Shown: positions 33,307-45,581, counted from the first letter of the whole stretch. The stretch: DNA of 62,417 bases, filler included, from Choristocarpus tenellus KU-1152 (GCA_964200185.2; 13 parts of 13 records of this genome joined end to end with filler, not necessarily neighbours in it), one strand, 5' to 3'. Numbers and translations: made by a program. The notes: generated by a model not told the origin, from the sequence alone.

Positions 33307-33880
33307 TACGCCAACACACGCCAATGGTTAAGCGTCTAGGTCAACTTTGTAAGGGAATGGGCATCCCTTGCACTGTAGAGGATGGTAGCCCTTCACTGTG
33401 GACAGGAATTTCCACATGGATGTGCTCTTCCATGTCGGGGCTCTTGTGGGCACTGGATCAGCTCCCTACAAGGAAAAATCACTCCTCCTGGATGTTGCAT
33501 TTGCAGAAGTGCAAGCAGCATCCCATCTGCCACACTCATCCGCCAGCAATAGTGTACCTGCTGCTGCAGCTGAGCCGTGAAAACGCACCCACTAGGAGGG
33601 TTCTTTTGACCCTCGTAGTTTTAACCTCAACACTTTCGTGGTGGAAACTTTTGGGCGACTCGGTAAGCAAGAAGAAAGTTTATGGATGAGTTGACTACAC
33701 GCACAGTAGGGGGGAGAGGGGTGGGAGGATATAGGAGGAAAGGGGCTGTCTAATCCCGTTTACCACAGAAGAAGGGTCTGTCACTACATAAGCGGTTCTC
33801 TCGAGACGTGTCATCCGTTTCAAGCTGGAGACACCAGGCAGATGGGCAAGGAGGGGCCTGTCAGATTCTTGGGATGGCTC
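33307..33880 (+). mobile_element. 3' fragment of a non-LTR retrotransposon with a restriction-like endonuclease (RLE; CRE/NeSL/R2-type), decayed
   Basis: RQHTPMVKRL...GIPCTVED...MDVLF...LLLDVAF...AE.*KRTH*...FVVETFGRLGKQ...FMDEL matches the RLE pattern RH / E / D..lDv / K..kY / Et.G.lG. Confidence 0.75.
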
Positions 33881-34329
33881 ACTAGCTCATCGCCCAGTTA
33901 TGTAGGGGCAAGCTAGGTTGGAGCCATAGCACCAACCTTCTTCAAAGAAAAGAGTGATTGTAGTATTATTTGTGGTATTGAATACAAAATATATTTTGTA
34001 GAGAGATATCTTTCACATTTACAACAACTGTTACTTTTACAGTATGACCGTTGTAGTATTGGTTTGACTTTTTTGTTGATGCATCTCCAAAATTTCAACC
34101 ACATAATAATATATGTACAACGACTGTTTAAAAATTAGTATGTCCTCTGACATTTTGGAGATGTGTTAAGGAAAAAACCAATGAAAACCATGCAAATAAA
34201 TGTCAGAAAATCCTTAAAAAATATACTTTTGTCGTAAATGTGAAATACTTTTTTCTTCTATTTATTATTTTACTACCATCTATGCAACACCGCTGCTCTC
34301 CTCTGCCTCCAACCTAGCTTAGTTCTGCA

Positions 34330-34620
34330 CTCAGGGTGAGGAGTTAGGCAAGTATCCCAACAATCTAATAAGCTCCTCCTTGCCCATCTGTCTGGTGTCT
34401 CCAACCAGAAATGCATGAAACGCCTAGATAGAGCTACTTCTGTTGTGACAGACATTATCTGTCGTAGATGGGATTTGACAGCCCCTTTCTTGCAGTAGTC
34501 TCTTGCCCCTCTCTTTCTCCCCTGAGTTCCGTAGCCAACTCATCCAGAAAACTTTCCGCTTGCTTACAGAGACGCCCAAAACTTTCTACCAGGAAGGTCT
34601 TGAGGTTGTAAGTACTGTTC
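34330..34620 (-). mobile_element. Second RLE-LINE 3' fragment, convergent with 33307-33880
   Basis: YNLKTFLVESFGRLCKQAESFLDELATE, with nucleotide similarity to 33620-33880. Confidence 0.75.
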
Positions 34621-34624
34621 TTCG

Positions 34625-35200
34625 TTTGATCTGGCGTTTTTGTGGTATAGTCACAGAAAAAAAGAAATTCTAGGCAACAATGGAGGTATGTGTATATTTT
34701 GTAGTTCTTAGTGGTCACCTATAATGATGTGGATGGACCTGGGATATGATTACTTCAAGAATCGATGGTTGTAAAGTATAGTATTGTCCTCCTCACATGA
34801 TACATTCTAGATTTCCATTGTGGACTTCCTCTTGTGTCGATGGATGAAGAGTCATGCAAGGAACAGCCTTCACTTATAAAGCACTCTCAAAGATACTTGG
34901 GAACAACTTTGAAGAACTTACTACTAGTTCCTACTGGTACTGTGTCACCTCTCCTAATACTTTCATCATTCTGACATGTTGAATAATAATCACCTATTAT
35001 ACCCCTGGGAACTGTGGGAATGCCACTTTTCTTCCATGTACCTATTCACAGTACATACTATAGCAGCTGACGAAAAGTACGTCATAATACGCCAGTTCTA
35101 TAAAGAGGCGGGGTTGGCCACAAATTTATCCAACTATAATACGTTGTGTAGGAAACTGCAACAGCATTTGGTTCCTACTATTGCAACAATACCTAGAATA
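34625..35200 (-). mobile_element. CACTA-like transposase remnant
   Basis: SVTIPQKRQIK is shared with the ~29810-29840 and ~28205-28235 copies. Upstream are YDVLFVSCYSMYCE and KFFKVVPKYL. Confidence 0.3.
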
Positions 35201-35978
35201 TATCATCTAGGAAGAATCAACAACAGGAATCGTTGGTCGTCAACTATCCTAAGATCTTTACTTGAAGCATTAAAAACTCAATTTATAGAGTTAGGAGACT
35301 TTTTTTTATTTGGTCCGATGTGATTTGTTCTTTTGATGGGTACTATTCAACAAAGTCACAACTTTTTGACGGTATACAAACTTTAAATGATTTGATTGGC
35401 TAAGCGGTATGAAATATTTCTGATATACTGACTTTGTACATAAACATAAAACTTGCATCACCACTTTCTGGATCACTCTGTTGTGTTTCTGAGCAAGCAT
35501 TACCCTTGTCTGAAAGGGTCACAATTGTTAGTAGGCGTAGTAGAATATAGTGAAGAACGGAGTCAACACCAAAGCAACATCTTATCAGACCCTACGCGTA
35601 GGCACCTATCCTTGGCACAGCTTCAATTTTTCTTCTGACTACACATCGTGTGGGGAACAGCTAACATTCCTTCAAACCAGTCTCCTCTCCAGCTCTCGGG
35701 CCTGAACCCTAGGTTCTCTTGATGATCGACGCTCTAACTGGTGGGCATGTTCGCGTTCCGGCCCTCCCCCTCCCCTCTTGCCCCCCCCTCACTTCGCGGG
35801 GCGAACACCAATAAGGATGTTGGTGGAATGGGCTACNNNNNNNNNNNNNNNNNNNNNNNNNNNNNNNNNNNNNNNNNNNNTTAATTAATTAANNNNNNNN
35901 NNNNNNNNNNNNNNNNNNNNNNNNNNNNNNNNNNNNAATAAAAAAAAAAAAATAAAATGAAGGATGCAAAAAAACGAA

Positions 35979-36018
<40 letters not shown>

Positions 36019-37418
36019 TAAGTGTACGTGCGGGGACAAGCGCCGGTACTCGCGGCTGATCTAGGATGCATAAAGCATCTCAATTTTGTACCAACAGAAG
36101 AAAATAATATACAACATTATGTGAAGGAGGGAATACATGGCAAGATGGTGAGAATTCGGGGGGTAGATCAGGCAGGGAAGGAAAAAAAAGAAGAAAAAAT
36201 GCTTAGAGAGGAAGGGACGGGGGCATCTCTTGGGGGGCGTACACGTTAGAAGATCCGAGGGTTTCTACACATGTACGGAGGCGCTATATTTCTAGTGAGA
36301 AAAGGCCCTCGGTCGCCTCATCAACATTACCTACTTTCAACGCCTTTATTCGGGGTCGGTTGATTTATTCATTTTTATTGGTGGTTCTGAACTGGTGCTC
36401 TCATGTATGCTGTGTCTATATAAATATCAGTACTTCACCACGGAGTATGGAGTTGGCAGTGACACTTATCTTTGACATCGGCATTGAAAGTCATTGTGAT
36501 TTGTGGAATAGATGGTTGAAATCCACAAAAACAGTGAGAAAGAACTGAGTATCCTCTAAATTGTGTAGTTCAAAACCCAGTGCTGGGTTCTGGCAGGATA
36601 TAATGGCTCTATTGAAGAGCTTCAATGCCCCTATTAAATCGATCCATACTCCAGGATCATGTGGCCTTGACCTGGACGGTCAGATGTTCCCATTGACTGT
36701 GGCAACCAGAGATGACATCACGTTGTGTGTTGTGTTGGGGAAAGAAAAACTTTAAAACACCTGTGGCACAAACCATGAAACTTTACATGAACACCGAAAG
36801 GCTGAAGTAATCTGTGTACCCTTATTGGGAAAGGAAGGCACAGCATAACCAGGAAAACAACCACAGGACAATTCGGATGAAATATTTTCATGGCTCTCTA
36901 GTGAGTTTCACTGCATGCAGGGGCCACCAAAATAACCTCTTTTCACCAATTGAGTCTGCAAGCTCTTGAAAATCGTGACCAAAACAAAGGCAACATCCCA
37001 GGTGTTGCGACTGGAACACCTTACAGGCAATAGAGTGTGGAACAACTCAGGAAGCGTGAGGGTCAGTCAATGCATCACTGCCATCAAAAGAGAGCAACAA
37101 AGGAAAAATATAGTACAAGAGTAAACAACTGTATGTATGAGTATCTATATATATGATGATGATCCACTACAGGATATGTTCCTAGACAAATCAAATCGCA
37201 CAGAAGTCGCTTAAAACGAAAAATAAATTCGTCATCTTTTTCGTTCACCTTTTTTCGTTCACCTTTTTTTTTCATGTTTCCTAATCCACCGTTCGATTTC
37301 AACAATGGTGTTACAGTTGTTAAAAAATATATTGTTATGACTCTCATTCTGCGACACTGTACGTGGCCCTCTCAACCAAAACCGCAACAAGGATAAGAGG
37401 AAGACAGCTCTCCCTTGC

Positions 37419-38556
37419 CTGTTGGTGCAGGAAACTGCAATGCCTTGTTCCCAAAACGCAGTAGTTCTTGCGACCTTCATTTTGAATCTCCGCAAGCTCC
37501 TTGAGGACAGTCTCAATGGAGTACTCCTTATCTTTTACAGGCTATGTAGGCAAAACAAAAAGGATAAGTGAAGGGGAAGAACAGTGGCAACAGGATCAGC
37601 ATACAAATTGCAAAGGCAATAATGATGCCAATGATGCAGCCTGTGCGGAGTTGATTTAAGAGAAAATGTCAAAAAAACACAAGCTGAGAAAAAAGATGGC
37701 ACAATAAAAAAAGATCAAGTTGGATAGACCAACCGCTGTGTAAACACTTCCGGTGTCAAGAATAGACCTAGTCCTCCACCTCTCTAGACAGGACCTGTTG
37801 AGAGCAGTGCAGAGAAATTCATGGAACTTCCTCACAACAAAGGGGGTAGGTCACACAATTGACTACCCACTACAATACTTGACCAAACGAGAAGACTGTC
37901 GGGCTTACTAGAGGTATCCAGATACACACCACAAGCAAAGGTATTGACTCACCCGAGAGTCAATTCTCCAAATCTTTGCACATGCATACACATAGCCAAA
38001 ACGACTCTATTATTAAGGACGATCACATTGAGTTTAGCCTGGTGATCCCAACGAAGGCATTTTTGCTACACAGCTTTCAATGTTATTTTCCAGGACAATT
38101 CACACAGAACACGCTTAAGCAGGCGTCAACACAAAAAGGCTAAAACCACGATCAACAATAGTGCCATTAAAACCTTACTACCTCCTTTCGTTGTGGATCC
38201 CCCACCACTGCAGGTGTTGCGGGCAACCTCGGCTTAGAGGCCGATGACGTCCGCACACCCGCTAGCAGCATTTTGTTCTCCCCCAACTCAATGATCCCTG
38301 ATCTCCTCTCCTCGGCATCTCTGTCCTCACAACCTCCGTTCTCGTCCCCTTCTCCCCGTTCAGACAACCTTAATCCCCTTGTCGATCTGAACCTAAAATT
38401 TCCTGCCCCGAGCACAGTCGCAGTTTGGGATTTTGGACTATCTTTCCGCCCCCACCGACAAGCAGTACCAAGTGCTGCTGACGGGATCAGAAAACCTGCA
38501 GCTGTTGTACAATATACAGCAGCCAGCAGAGATGACAACACCGCATCACGCTTCAT
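37419..38556 (-). CDS. Plastid-targeted DprA/Smf-like Rossmann-fold protein of cyanobacterial type, 5' exons (38556-38179/38182, 37541-37419)
   Basis: The signal peptide MKRDAVLSSLLAAVYCTTAAG is followed by FLIP (ASAFAP-like cleavage) and a transit-like region. Exon 2, TVLKELAEIQNEGRKNYCVLGTRHCSFLHQQ, matches the cyanobacterial/plant family pattern ELA.IQQ.G.....LG.RH....HQ. Confidence 0.75.
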
Positions 38557-39559
38557 GATTCCGTACCTGCACCTCCTTATTGCCGATCAAATGCTTCAGT
38601 ATCTGCAGATCCCCTTCAACGCCCATGAAGACAGTGCACGAGCAGCCCATGAGGTATGAGAGATGCTGAGGTATAAACATTACATAATTTGGGTATATGT
38701 AGAACAACGTAGTCAACCATTACAACCTTCAACTTTGATCACTCACTCAGTCGTTGGGAAGCTGTTCGGGGTGGTCCGGAGCCCAAATTCCCTACTACTT
38801 CGTCCTATCTAACTTATTTAATTCGGGCTATTCCTCTAACTCTTACCAGCAATGCACAATAGGCACAGGGTGTGAGTAGAAGAGACTGGGAAGCAACCAG
38901 ATTCGTTGTGTTGAAAGTACTTGTCTCGGTCAGTTTGTGAAGGTTTTATAGGGAATGATAATAATAATCCCTTATTTCTTTCTATGAACACCAACTCCTA
39001 TCGAATAGAGATACATATTTTTAGCATTTTTTTTATATAGTTTGAGTGTATAGTAAATGATGTAATGTTGTGAATCATAAAACCTTAGTTAATCCAAGAC
39101 GAAATTCTTTGGAGTGTATTTTTTCAACTCTGGAATCCTTCATTGTAGTCTTCAACACACCCACCAAACAAACATAAACATCTCTAGTACGACTGCATGG
39201 CAAACTATAAGTGTGCCTAGGTACTCAGAAGACGGTAATGGTGGGTTCGTGCACGAGTATGACGTCGATGTTGATTCATCTGACGGATGTGCCCGTCGGC
39301 TTAGGGAGGATGGTGGCCATGGAGGTGAAGGGTAAGATGATGTACAACTTGGCTTGAACGTGTTTGAGCTGACAGCTGACCAAGAGAAAGAGAACGATCT
39401 GTAAAGGAATTAGGAAAATATGAAGTGAGGACTGATATCTGGAGTATTTCAGTGTGTATATGAGGGGAGAATGCTCAATGTGGGTATATGGTCTTACCTG
39501 TGTGAAGAAAGGGCAGCTTCCTTAAAGTCGAAATCAAGTCAGGAAATTCTTAGTAGACG

Positions 39560-40253
39560 AGCAATGCTAGAAAACACCCAAAGAGCTTCAAACCTGGGCA
39601 CAGGGAAGCCTTTCGTGAGTTGGAGAAAATATCGGGAACGAGGTGGAATTTCCGGATGGACTCATATTTTATGGCAAAAACACTAGCAGGGGCCATTTTG
39701 TTGTTTCATTGTCATCAACGATAACCAGCTTTCGGTGAGACGGTTTTACATCCCTGCCTTTCACACCTCCTCTACCTACCTTCGCATTGTAGATATTGAT
39801 TTCGATCCTTGATATTCGATCTTTGATCATGTTGTCATCCACAGGTGTTATTTTTAACATTTTCTTTGACACGACAATGGACTATTGCCTCATTGACCAT
39901 ACCTCAAAATTCACCTTCCGGCGATAGGTCGGGTAAAGTGTCCACTTCAAGGAAATGGGACATGCCTTGAACAACAAGATAACCTCACCCGATCACCTCC
40001 TTGCTGATCAGACTGTTTCCGGCACCACAGATGGTTGGATAGGTCTCACAGGTCACACCTTTTACTCTCTCGCCATGTCCTGCATCGATGACGCATCCGA
40101 GACTATCACTCTCTGGACTGCATCAACTATTCTGTCAGAATGACTGGAGAGGATCTCGTTGAAAATCTGGTAGAAATCTACGAGTGAGGACACACTGTAA
40201 GGGTGAAAGCGTGTGTGGCAGAGTGTGAGCCATAGATGGTAAAGATAGGTCAC
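39560..40253 (-). mobile_element. Decayed Crypton-like (DUF3504-type) tyrosine recombinase remnant
   Basis: The ordered fragments FHPYSVSSL..F, SDASSMQDMARE, LSPEGEF*GM, NAKVGRGGVKGRD, TTKWPLLVF and RYFLQL recall Y.p.Sl / lda.mk.l / LRggeE.r.L / K...gG / CPv..f / FyLq. Many stops and frameshifts. Confidence 0.35.
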
Positions 40254-40564
40254 CTACTGGAGAAGAATCATCGTATCACCACCCATCATTGCATAGGTAT
40301 GTGCTCGGAGTGTGTGTCAGACATAGCCTTCAACGATGACAAGATAAAAAGACACATGTAATCAGCCTGGGCAGCTGTTGCTGCCTACTCCAACTCCAGT
40401 CAGACCAAGGAGCAGTTGGAGGAGACATGTAGAATATCGATAATAGAGTTCAGGGGAGTGATGCAGGATGTATCAGCTCACCGATGGTCCACACATTCGA
40501 TTGTGGAGCTCTTCTTGTGCCTCAACCTGCCATCATGCTTCACAAGAACATTCATGATCTGTTA

Positions 40565-40775
40565 CAGGCACGCTCCAGAAGCTTACCTCCACCAGATGTG
40601 TAGCTCCAATCCACAGACGTATAGATGACGCCGATGTTCATACAGAGCTCCCAGGATCCTCCACAGGATGTGCAGCTCTAATCCACAGGTCTATAGATGA
40701 CGTCCATGCTCGTACAAGGCTCCCAGGATACTCCGACAACCAAAGGAGTCCAATCCACGGGTTAATGAACGTCAG
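40565..40775. repeat. ~71-bp tandem repeat x2.5, with a dispersed homologue at 61608-61700
   Basis: AGCTCCAATCCACAG...TATAGATGACG repeats; GCTCCAGAAGCTTACCTCCAC is shared with ~61614. Confidence 0.75.
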
Positions 40776-41679
40776 CTCAGCAGAACAGGGGTACTCTCAA
40801 TGAATCAATCAGCATAAGAAATATATATGTTATCAGACTAGAGAGCTTTAGGTGGGTCTCTTTAGACCCGAGCTGAGCCATTTGGAGCTGTTTTTAGGGT
40901 CTCTTATCATCATTTATCATTGGGTCTTCTTTGGTTTACAAACATTGGAATACATCTGAGAACCCTTGAGACCTTTCCAACCGGGGATCCTTGCGACTTT
41001 CGCAAGTTAAAGATTTTCTTCTGCAACCTTTTAGCAAATCGGAGTTCCCCCTTTTGGGGTTCCCCATATGCTTACACTACTCACACCGGTTAAAGCGCGG
41101 GAACATATATTTGCGCTATTCGTCTGTAACAGATCACCCACAAATCACGTCAACATTAGAATGGGAGGTAAACACTTGGTGAAGGAATTAAAAATAGAAT
41201 TTTAAAGTTCTTGTAGAACTGAAGTTAGAGTCACCTCTCAAATGCCAGGCATTTCATGCAAATGCAGCAACTAATAAGTAAAACTGTCTCTCAAAAAGTG
41301 TTGATATCCATCACAAATGCCGTGGATACTTGTTAGACCACAAAACCAAATTCCTTCATGGCATTTCAGAGAATGAATAAGATTATATTTGGAAGAAGGT
41401 GGAGTTGGAAGCTCTAGGCGTTGTGGAGTACAGAGTACGGGAGACAGAGAACAGTCGCGTTGTGGAACCAGGCCCACACATGCATACTACCCATGTTGAG
41501 GGGAGGCAGTCCTTCCAGAAATGGCAAGGGATTTGTAAGAGCTTCCTGCGAATGTGTCTGGGGGGGTTTCAGCTGCTGCTGGTGGGATATTGGAGCACAC
41601 ATTCAGGGAGCACACATAGATATTGGTGCGTCCAAGGTTGCAGAAGGGCTCGCTATAATTGATTTGGAGAGTGGGCTTA

Positions 41680-41885
41680 CAATTACCCACTTAAAAGTGG
41701 TGGCTGGAAGGAGCTCCAAATTTCCACACCTGATCAAACTTGCCTGCCAAGTTTTGGCCTTTCCTGCTACGCAAGCAGACTTGGAACGCACGTTCTGAGT
41801 GACTTGGAATGGTGTGACTTCGAAACAGAACAGACTAGATGCACAAAATGTCCAGCTTCTTGTGTTCCGTTGCAACACCTGGACG
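41680..41885 (+). mobile_element. hAT transposase C-terminal dimerisation domain, pseudogenised
   Basis: PLK/WW (frameshifted)...SSKFPHLIKLACQVLAFPATQADLERTF*...VTSKQNRLDAQNVQLLVFRCN matches the hAT consensus fP.L.klA..vL.iPats..sER.FS...RnRL. Confidence 0.85.
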
Positions 41886-41985
41886 GTTGTTTATGCTTTG
41901 GAGGCTGCAAAGAAGGGCAATAGAAATGATACCACCTGGAGACGGTAGCAGCAATGTGTAGCTGTAGCATGCAAAAACAGATAAT

Positions 41986-42222
41986 AACAGCCGATTTCAA
42001 AAATTGAGGATGGAGCTTTTCATTGAGGATGGGCTTGACCCAAAATTGACCCCAGTCAATTTTGGGTCAAGCCTGTGCAAAATAGGACAATAGTGAGCTT
42101 AAAGCAAAGACTCTATTGGAAGAGTTCTCTTTTGCATAAGTCCCTATAGACTGTCTAGCCTATATTGCACAAAGCCCATCCTCAATGAAAAGCTCCATCC
42201 TCAATTTTTGAAATCGGCTGTT
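41986..42222. mobile_element. Foldback-like MITE (AACAGCCGATTTCAAAAATT TIR), 4-bp TAAT flanks; homologue at 54952-55091
   Basis: A ~50-bp perfect inverted repeat (41986-42035 vs 42172-42222) with the internal hairpin GGCTTGACCCAAAATTGAC/GTCAATTTTGGGTCAAGCC. Confidence 0.85.
42074..42171. mobile_element. 98-bp TG...CA insertion with a 5-bp TSD (solo-LTR/TRIM-like)
   Basis: AAGCC|TGTGCAAAATAGG...CCTATATTGCACA|AAGCC. The empty site GGGTCAAGCCCATCC is present in the homologue at ~55055-55069. Confidence 0.8.
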
Positions 42223-42879
42223 TAATGGACGCAACAAACGTTATTTTTCTTAATTGTACATCATTCCTCGTTTCATAAGACTCCTCTTGGTGGTAGCTCT
42301 TCAGTCTATTTCATTTCTGAAAACATCAAAATATTCTTGTAAAAGAAAGTCGCTTGGACAACACATCGAAGTGTATTTAGTAGTGAGGGAAAAGCACACG
42401 TATGAAAAGTACATCAAAAACGTTTTCCCCCGTACAGAACCCTTCACCACCCAAAGGACTGTTTGCCTCGCCATGTGCTTCACGCACGTTTCGATTAAGT
42501 TCGGGAATATTTCGATCTACTAAATTTATACTTCGAAGTATTCATAAATTATTTTGATTCACAATGCTACGAACAATGTCATTCATTCGCAACAATGACG
42601 ATGTCCAAGACAATGGGAACATTCCCTAACAGCAACAATCGGTCAACCACAACTCAACGGTCTACATATATGAAGTCAAAACAAAGAGAGGTCTTCAACA
42701 CAGTATTGATGTTAGTTGGCCAACACGACTTCCTTCGACACATTGTAGACATACTACTACAATTTATGAGTACCTTGGTCCTATTGATGCAGGAAAGGGG
42801 GGAGAATCCTGTCATAGAAGGTCAAATCCTTGTACCTGCACCTTCTGCTTCCATCCCCCATATAGAGAGGTTTCGTTGT

Positions 42880-43613
42880 TTCCTTCTCTGGCTTTCCTTG
42901 TGGACAGGGATTGGAGTCTTGGGATTGAATCCGAGTGAGGAAAGAAGACTATGAAGATGATAGACGTTTTGAGCTTCAAAGCTGAGAGCATGGATATCAC
43001 CTTCAGTGATGGATAGGGTGGCGGTAACCTGATTCTTGCTCGACCAGGTGACAGGACCCCATTCAGAATGAATACATGGCCAGACATGGAGTGGTAGGGA
43101 GTCAGGGTCACTGGTGTAGTTTGCATCAGTATAGCTGTATGGTGAGGCGGAGTTGGACGGTGATGCACAGGATTGAAGGGAAAAACGTGATATGCCTAAA
43201 GGTAGCGCAGGAAACGCTTGGCAACATTGAGGTGAGGTTGGGAAGGAGTGGCCATATGTGGCGGGTAAGTTGCATGACACCATGGGAAATGTCGGGACGT
43301 GCAGATGGATAGGTAGAAAAGGCTGCCAACCAAGGTATGATAATGGTGTTTGTCGTAGAGGATGAAGAAGCAAGGATGCCAGAATGGTGAAGGATGAAGG
43401 TAATGGCCAAGGAGGTCGCCTCTCAGAGCCTAGAGTTTTTGAAGGGTTTCATGTGGCGGAGTTCATGGAACTGAGCAGGGGTAGGTGCGGAGGTATAGGA
43501 GGAAGGTGAGCGGTTAGGTGGGTTGTTTTAGATGGGCATTGGTCCAGGATGGTCATAGAGGGGGGTGGTGTCTACAGGGGGAACATCTGGGATCAATGTT
43601 TCGAGGGAGATGT
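42880..43613 (-). mobile_element. Ty1/copia LTR retrotransposon RT-end/RNase H remnant
   Basis: ARPDISHGVMQLTRH, then YTDANYTSDPD...GPVTWSSKNQVTATLSITEGDIHALS, matching copia RPDI...L / Y.DA.w..D / isW.SkkQ..valSs.EAEy.Al, with frameshifts. Confidence 0.88.
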
Positions 43614-44203
43614 TGGATCAAAGTATCTTGGGGGGGNNNNNNNNNNNNNNNNNNNNNNNNNNNNNNNNNNNNNNNNNNNNTTAATTAATTAANNNNNNNN
43701 NNNNNNNNNNNNNNNNNNNNNNNNNNNNNNNNNNNNGGGTGGGGGTGGGGTGGGGGTGGGGGGTGGAAGGGGGGGGATAGGTGTACATGAGTTTATCAGA
43801 CATAGTAAGTCACACCTGATGAAAAAACCTGAAACTGAAAGAAGCAACAGAGGTATCATGTGTTCCCTGTACATGATTGCAAGTCAAGCACGAGAACTGC
43901 AACATCTCCGTATGCGTAAGTAGCCAAGCAGAAAGTTTCAAGGCAACAAGGCAAAATCGATAGAAACAAAGCTTTCCCCCCCAAAATATCTAATGGTAGA
44001 TATGGTAGCAAAGGCTGGACATGAGCTCATCCAAAAAATAGGAAGTAGGACAGAGTCAACCGAACATTAAAAAAACAATTTAATCTGATTTGAGGTGGCT
44101 GTAGCCTTGATCCTAACCCCAAACTCCAAAAACAAGCACAGCCCAGTGTTTGAAACACCACCTATTTCAAAGTAGATATCGTGTTGATCTTCTTGGAACA
44201 AAC

Positions 44204-45581
44204 CTTCCACAACAAATGGCCAGCATCAAGCGACTCTCTGGGAAGGGCTGAGGCCAGAATTGGGCAACTAATGCAAAAACACATGCCAGAGTCATCACAG
44301 CCAGCTTGACATTGTTGATGAAGTGATCCTCCTCATACCCCATATCAATTGCCTGAAGGTGGAAGGATGACCAGGGTAGGCGCACGGTGGTGTTGGGATA
44401 ACTTGGTTGGCGGGGAGGGGAAGCTGTGTGTAGAAGTGATGTGTGCTCTGTCATACTCATGCAAGCATTTCAGCATACACTCTTGTTTCAAATCCTTGAC
44501 GTTTTTATGGAAGCAAACAACACACTCCTGGATATCACAACATTGGCTGTGCCAAACTTAAGGTCGTGGATTCCTTTTGTAGGATTTGGTAGCCTCAACA
44601 CAAATGAAAGGATCTTCAGCAGGCTTTGCTAAGATGCTGGCTAATCACAACAAGTGTAGATTTGACAAGGGCTTGAGGGCCTAGACACCATTGTGCCCCA
44701 CAAAATAAATATAGCAATAACCATATCGTAAACTTATCCCCATTGCTTGCATGGTGGCATTTCCTATCATTGTAAAGATGGTTTGTTGGCGGTTATGACG
44801 CCCGACAACAAGAATAGCACCTTGTTATGCACTTGCAAGAATAAAGTCAGGAGCACCAGCGAGAGCACACAGCTCGAAAGCAGCTAACGATGCATTAAAA
44901 TATATCTAATTCCCCAGTACTTCATGGCCTCCGAGTTTTCCCTTGTTGAAGTGGATGTGAGGGATATGGGCATTCTCACGTTATGTTGCGAGGGAAAGCT
45001 ACTGCGAAGAGGAAATCAAAAGAGGGAGGCCTATGCCGGCTTTCATTTCCGTGCATGTAAATTCGTATTGCAGTGAAATAGGCAGACACGAGAAATATCT
45101 TCCCTTCTCCCTTCCCCACTCCTGTTTTAAAGCTGTTGATGTTGCCCTTACCGCCTTCACAATCGCTTCGTCGATGACCTGTTTCATCTTGATGGAATCT
45201 CCAAGCTCCACTCTTTGTGGCTCCACAAGCTCTACTACAAAAATGCGATACATGTGAGGGGGAGGGATCATACATAGCGACTTTTTGACTTCGTTTGACA
45301 GTAGGCTTGTACATCGAAGTAATGGGATCTACTTGCAGTGCCACTGGAGCTATTCGAAATCTTCTGCACAGGATTATAACAACTTCAAATATAAAATCAA
45401 ACGATAAAGGAAAGGTTGCACCGCAGAGATAATCATATTTTGATCCTCCCACCACTTACCCTACAATAACATATCGTCCACGTGGATTCATCCCAACGTT
45501 TGGCTTGTCTCAATATACACACCCAAAAGTACTGACCCTCCCATTCCCTTTAGGATACAAACCTTCATCTTTCCCTTCCAT
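44204..45581 (-). CDS. SPCS2: Signal peptidase complex subunit 2 (SPC25), 5' exons (tentative 45581-45563; 45234-45152; 44352-44204)
   Basis: VELGDSIKMKQVIDEAIVKA|AIDMGYEEDHFINNVKLAVMTLACVFALVAQFWPQPFPESRLMLAICCG matches the SPC25 pattern K..lDda....gy.E....d.kL......A..A.f...PFPeS...L..C. Confidence 0.85.

Noticed and set aside
35680-35745. tRNA gene on the minus strand (AGTTAGAGCG...GGTTCAGGCCC)
   Set aside because: No complete cloverleaf and a degenerate B-box; at most a decayed tRNA-derived SINE head.
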